64,000 bases of DNA, taken from the human T2T-CHM13v2.0 reference genome, Homo sapiens. Shown here piece by piece: positions 59,290 through 64,000 of the stretch. Both the position numbers and the translations under genes were made by a program. The stretch lies in assembly GCF_009914755.1 (NCBI RefSeq), contig NC_060939.1; one strand, given 5' to 3'. Under the pieces are notes generated by a model, which was not told the origin of the DNA, did no database searches, and was given only the letters and a program-made list of their open reading frames with translations. The stretch's first letter is position 1. Each line of letters begins with the position of its first letter.

Positions 59290-59580
59290 ATTAGTTCCCC
59301 GCCAGAATATGCCGCCTCAGCCTTCCCTTCCAAACGCTGCAATCTCCTTTCCGTTACCTATCTTCGGGGTTGCAGTTTTGTTCTAAGAGCAGAGGAGCAT
59401 TTGCATCTGCGGGGCGAAGGTGCTGAGTGGGAGGAGCGGCCACTGCATGCCCACAGAGGAAGCTGCTGTGACAGCCCTGCTGCTCCTGCTGAGCAAGGGA
59501 ACTAGAGTGGCCCAGTCTCCACCTGGGTCTGGCTCCGTTCCCGAAGCTGATTCAGGAATTGAGTCATCATTCGCAACCTG
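59290..59580. promoter_or_regulatory. Candidate enhancer or alternative promoter
   Basis: Unique GC/CpG-enriched patch with octamer ATTTGCAT (59399), AP-1 TGAGTCA (59560) and C/EBP-like ATTCGCAAC (59569); motif evidence only. Confidence 0.35.
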
Positions 59581-60528
59581 AAGTCAAGGAACATCTTAGT
59601 TAGATTTAAAACACTGTATTTCAATAATATCTAACAGTTTAAAAATACCCCCACATTTAACCCTCAGCATTCCTGCGTGAGGGAAACACAGTGGTGCCTG
59701 CAATTTACTTGAAATGAGTAAAACATGTGAAATGGACAGATGGACGGATCGGCAGATACGTGATAAAACAAAGTAAAAGAATAAAGGTAGAATTCAGGTA
59801 TTGGATATATGAGCGTTCCCTGTAAAATTCTTTCAGCTTTGTTGTAGTTTTGAAATCTTCATAATAAAATGTCAGGGAGAGTGGGAGGGAGGGACTCTCC
59901 CATCATCCTGGATTATTTCAATATCCATGTGAATGATTAATTCAACAACCCAGCCTCAAGCTTCCTGGCCCTCTGAATGCCGGCACTCTCCCGTCACCTC
60001 CTGGACCTTACCTCACTTAAAACAGTCCTGCCTTGATCTTAAACTATCTCTTCAGACCAGATTCCTTTCATTCCAGCTCACTGCCTCATAGGTGCTTCCG
60101 CTTCAGGAAGGTATCTACACCTAAACCCTCCATTTCCCCGTGACTTCTGGTGCTTCTGTATCCAACAGAGATTTATCAGCCCCCTCAGCACCTTCCCTGC
60201 AAACCTGCAGGGCCAGCCACTGTCAGGGAAGAGGAACACAGGGGCAGGAAACAACCTCACAGCCCCTGCCTGCAGCAAGCTCATCTGGAGCTGAGAGTAG
60301 GGACGGAGGAGATGTGTGGGCACAGCTCTCACGGGGCTTTGCTGCCATGGTTCCTGTGGGCTTGCCTGTGCTTCTCTCCCCTGCTGGATCCCCTCTTTTC
60401 CACCGCTGCATCTTCCCGGATAGCTCAGTTTACTCTCATTTTGATGGATCATATTTTTCAACAGCTTAAACAGTTTTTATTATGAAGTATTTTAAACATA
60501 ATCAAAAGAAGAGAGAATGGTATAATGA

Positions 60529-60910
<382 letters not shown>

Positions 60911-60983
60911 TTTTTCTTTTCATTCTTTGCTCAAGTATTTTAAAGGAACTCAGACTTCTTCAGTGTGCCTCTCTTAAACTCCA

Positions 60984-61090
60984 GGCCTGTAATCCCAGCA
61001 CTTTGGGAGGCTGAGGTGAGAGAACTGCTTGAGTCTAGGAGTTTGAGACCAGCCTGGTCAACATAGTGAGGTCATGTCTCTACAGAAAAT
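60984..61090 (+). mobile_element. Alu left monomer/FLAM
   Basis: GCCTGTAATCCCAGCAC...CTCTACAGAAAAT. Confidence 0.8.
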
Positions 61091-62234
61091 TTTTAATCTG
61101 TTTTCAAATGTATTTGCAGAGTTGTGCAAATTAAAATATAAGAAATTAATGCAAAGGTCAGCTAAAGTTGCTGTCTATTAATTTGATATTTAGTAGTTTT
61201 CATTTGTAAATTAACTAACTCTTAGACTGCAAATAAACATTTTTGTAAAGGGCTATGTTTTTAAGTTTCTAAGAAAATCTTCAGTTAGCAGTTTAGAGTC
61301 TTCTAAAATTAAAGTAGAAAGAAATAATTGGTGTGAAAATGCAAGGGTTAGCTGTGTTAGAAAATGTCTAATTGAGGGTTGTAAGTTTCTTCTATCTTGA
61401 GAAGAATAAATATTTTGAAGAGTAACATTGAAGGTGGCATGTTTAAAAGAAATTAAATGGTTATTATAAACCACAGGAAAAATAGTAGAAAGGAAATGGT
61501 AACAGAACAATCAAAGAAAAGCATAATGGGATAATAAACAGGTTAACAGTGTAATAATGATAATTAACAGTAACAAGATATTGTTAAAATTTTAATTAAA
61601 CTTAAAGCAGCAGCAGGAAATACTGAAAAATAAAATACTTGGCTACATAAAAATGTACACTTCTACTTACTTCTAACCTTATAAATTCTAAAAGAAAAAA
61701 CACAAATGGTAAAACACATATGAAAAAACTGTTTAATCTGAACAGTGCAAAAAATGCTAACAATAACACTAATGAACAATTTTTCACACTGCAAATCACC
61801 ACAGATTAAGAAGACTGACATTTTTAGTGTGATGAAGACAAGTTCCTTCCAGCTTTTGGGAAGGCAGAGTGGCACTCTGTGTCAAAATGTAAACTGACCA
61901 TACCCCTTCACCCACCAAATCTATTTCTAGAAATTCACCCACAAAAGACAATCACATAAATGTTCAAAGATCTATCTATTGAAGCAGTTTTCAAAAGAGT
62001 GAAGATTAGGAAAGACTTATCCACTAATAATGGATAGGGTAAATAAACAGGTACATTCACAAAAATGACTACTGCTACAGTCACTGAAAATGTAAGGATG
62101 CTGGAGAAAGTCACATAATAAAGAAAATCAGTGCCACTATAATTCATGATCACTGCTCCCAAATGGGTCCTCAATTCCCTTTCTCTAACCGCAGACTCAC
62201 AGGCCCTTCTGCTGATGTGATATAAGCTCTCCTA

Positions 62235-62602
62235 TCAGCAATAAACAGGAATGAAGTATTGATACATGCTACAACATGGATGAACCTTAAAAACAGCATG
62301 CAAAGTCAAAGACCAGACACAAAGGACCATATATTATATGATTCTATTTACATGGAATATCCCAAATAGGAAAATCTATAAAGACAGTAGATTAGTGGTT
62401 GCAGACTTGGGATGGAGGTAGTAGGGGGTGACAGCTGGTAATGAAAATACTCTAAACATGACTGTGGTGATGGATGCATATTCAACTCTATGCATGTAGT
62501 AGTATATTCAACTCTGTGAATATAATACAAGCCACTGAATTGTACACTTTAAATGAGTGCATTGTATGGCATTTAAATTCTCTCAATAAAGCTGTTAAAA
62601 AC
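62235..62602 (+). mobile_element. L1MB/MC-type 3' end
   Basis: ATACATGCTACAACATGGATGAACCTT...CTCAATAAAGCTGTTAAAA. Confidence 0.85.
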
Positions 62603-62869
62603 CAAAAGCTCTCCCATATGTGGAATGTTTGCGTGACCCCTGCCACCTGAGTACCCTCATGCTTACAGCTAAACATGCCTATGTGTTATTCTAATGTGTG
62701 TGAGTTTCACCACTGGCATGCAACAAATCAGCTCTATATTCATTTGTTACTCCACCTTTCTAAAAAGCTATCTGACATATTGACAGTACATAATGACAGC
62801 TAAAATTTCTTATCCTTTAATTCAGAGGTGATCTTTTTGAAACCTTTAATAAGGAAATACAAAAACTAA

Positions 62870-63134
62870 ATCTGTCACCCAAACTGGAGTTCAGTGGCAC
62901 AATCACTGCTCACTTCAGCCTCAACCTCTCTGGGCTCAAATGATCCTCCCACCTCAGTCTCCCAAGTAGCTGAGACTACAGGCACACGCCACCACACCTA
63001 GCTAATTTTTGTAGAGACAGGGTTTTGCCATGTTCCTCAGGCTGGTCTCAAAACTCTGAGATGGGCTCAAGTGATCTGCCCATCTCGGCCTCCCAACATG
63101 CTGGGATTACACGGATGAGCCACCATGCTCAGCC
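62870..63134 (-). mobile_element. AluJ
   Basis: Diverged antisense Alu. Confidence 0.82.
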
Positions 63135-64000
63135 AATAATTTTTATAATTGGAAAAAACTGCAAAAAATCTAAATGTTTAACAGTAGAAGAATCAATAAA
63201 CCATAATATGCCCATACAAGAGATAGCAAAAAGACATTAAAATGTTTTCAAAGAATATGAACTATAGAGTGTTCATGATGTATAAGTGAATAAAGCAGAA
63301 CATAAAAGTGTATATATAATGTGATCCCTTTTATGTATATTATACATTTCTACAACAACATGGATGTGGGAGCACCTACTGCCTTCTCTGAATACCATCC
63401 CTTTCCTTGAGAGCCACTGTCTTGGTGTAATGTGACCACACTGCCTAGTCTCAGGAGCAGGGGCTAATCTGGGGATGGGGTGGGCTAATGACAGGCTCTT
63501 TCCCAGAAATCTCAGCCATGAGATTCAACTTGGTTGCTCTCCTAAACGGAGATCTTAACCCTAGGGCCGGTTTGCAAGTCGGCTGCAGTTAGCTGTTATC
63601 TAAGGAATGCTGGGAATGCTGGTAGGGGCTAGGCCCACGGGGCAGCTCTGACTCCTCCCCATAGTCCCAGTGCTTAAATTCCAAGGTACTTAGCTTTTGC
63701 TGAAATGCTGGGGCAGGAAGTCTCCCAGAATGCAGTGGCTGTGAACAGCAAGGCTAATCCCATGGGAATGGTGGCTGTGTCTACCTGTGCCAGCAGTTCC
63801 CTGTAGCATCTTCTTGTTGAACCCACTCCAGTCACAGGAAATAATCAGAGAGCTGATTATGCTATGCAAACAACCAGGGGTTGTGGCAGTCTACAATTTC
63901 CAACCACTTGTCTAAAGCGTGATTCAGAGGGGCAGCAACCAGTCCTGGTCACCACAAGCTGTTACACTTTCTGCAGGCTGGGTATGCAAAATTTACCTTT

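Overview
Primate (human-like) non-coding DNA, most likely a large intron or the 5' region of a gene. About half of it is recognisable interspersed repeat: roughly 30 Alus, old L1/L2/MIR fragments, MaLR LTR elements and DNA transposons. No host protein-coding gene can be supported; the longer ORFs in the track come from Alu, L1, Tigger1 or THE1 sequence, or look random. Best-supported structures: (1) a MER85 piggyBac MITE inserted at a TTAA inside an L1; (2) a near full-length decayed Tigger1; (3) a complete THE1B element with an ACAAA TSD nested in the LTR of an older MaLR element; (4) a MER3/MER30/Alu stack reusing one hAT target site; (5) two Alu-in-Alu nests. Leading functional candidates are a 98-nt minus-strand exon with strong splice sites (48897-48994) lying 1.2 kb downstream of a co-oriented MaLR LTR, a CpG-retaining MLT1 LTR near 10.1-10.6 kb, and a motif-dense element near 59.3-59.6 kb. 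Repeat family calls come from recalled consensus sequences, not from a search, so subfamily names and the ends of old elements are approximate. I found no convincing novel biological system.
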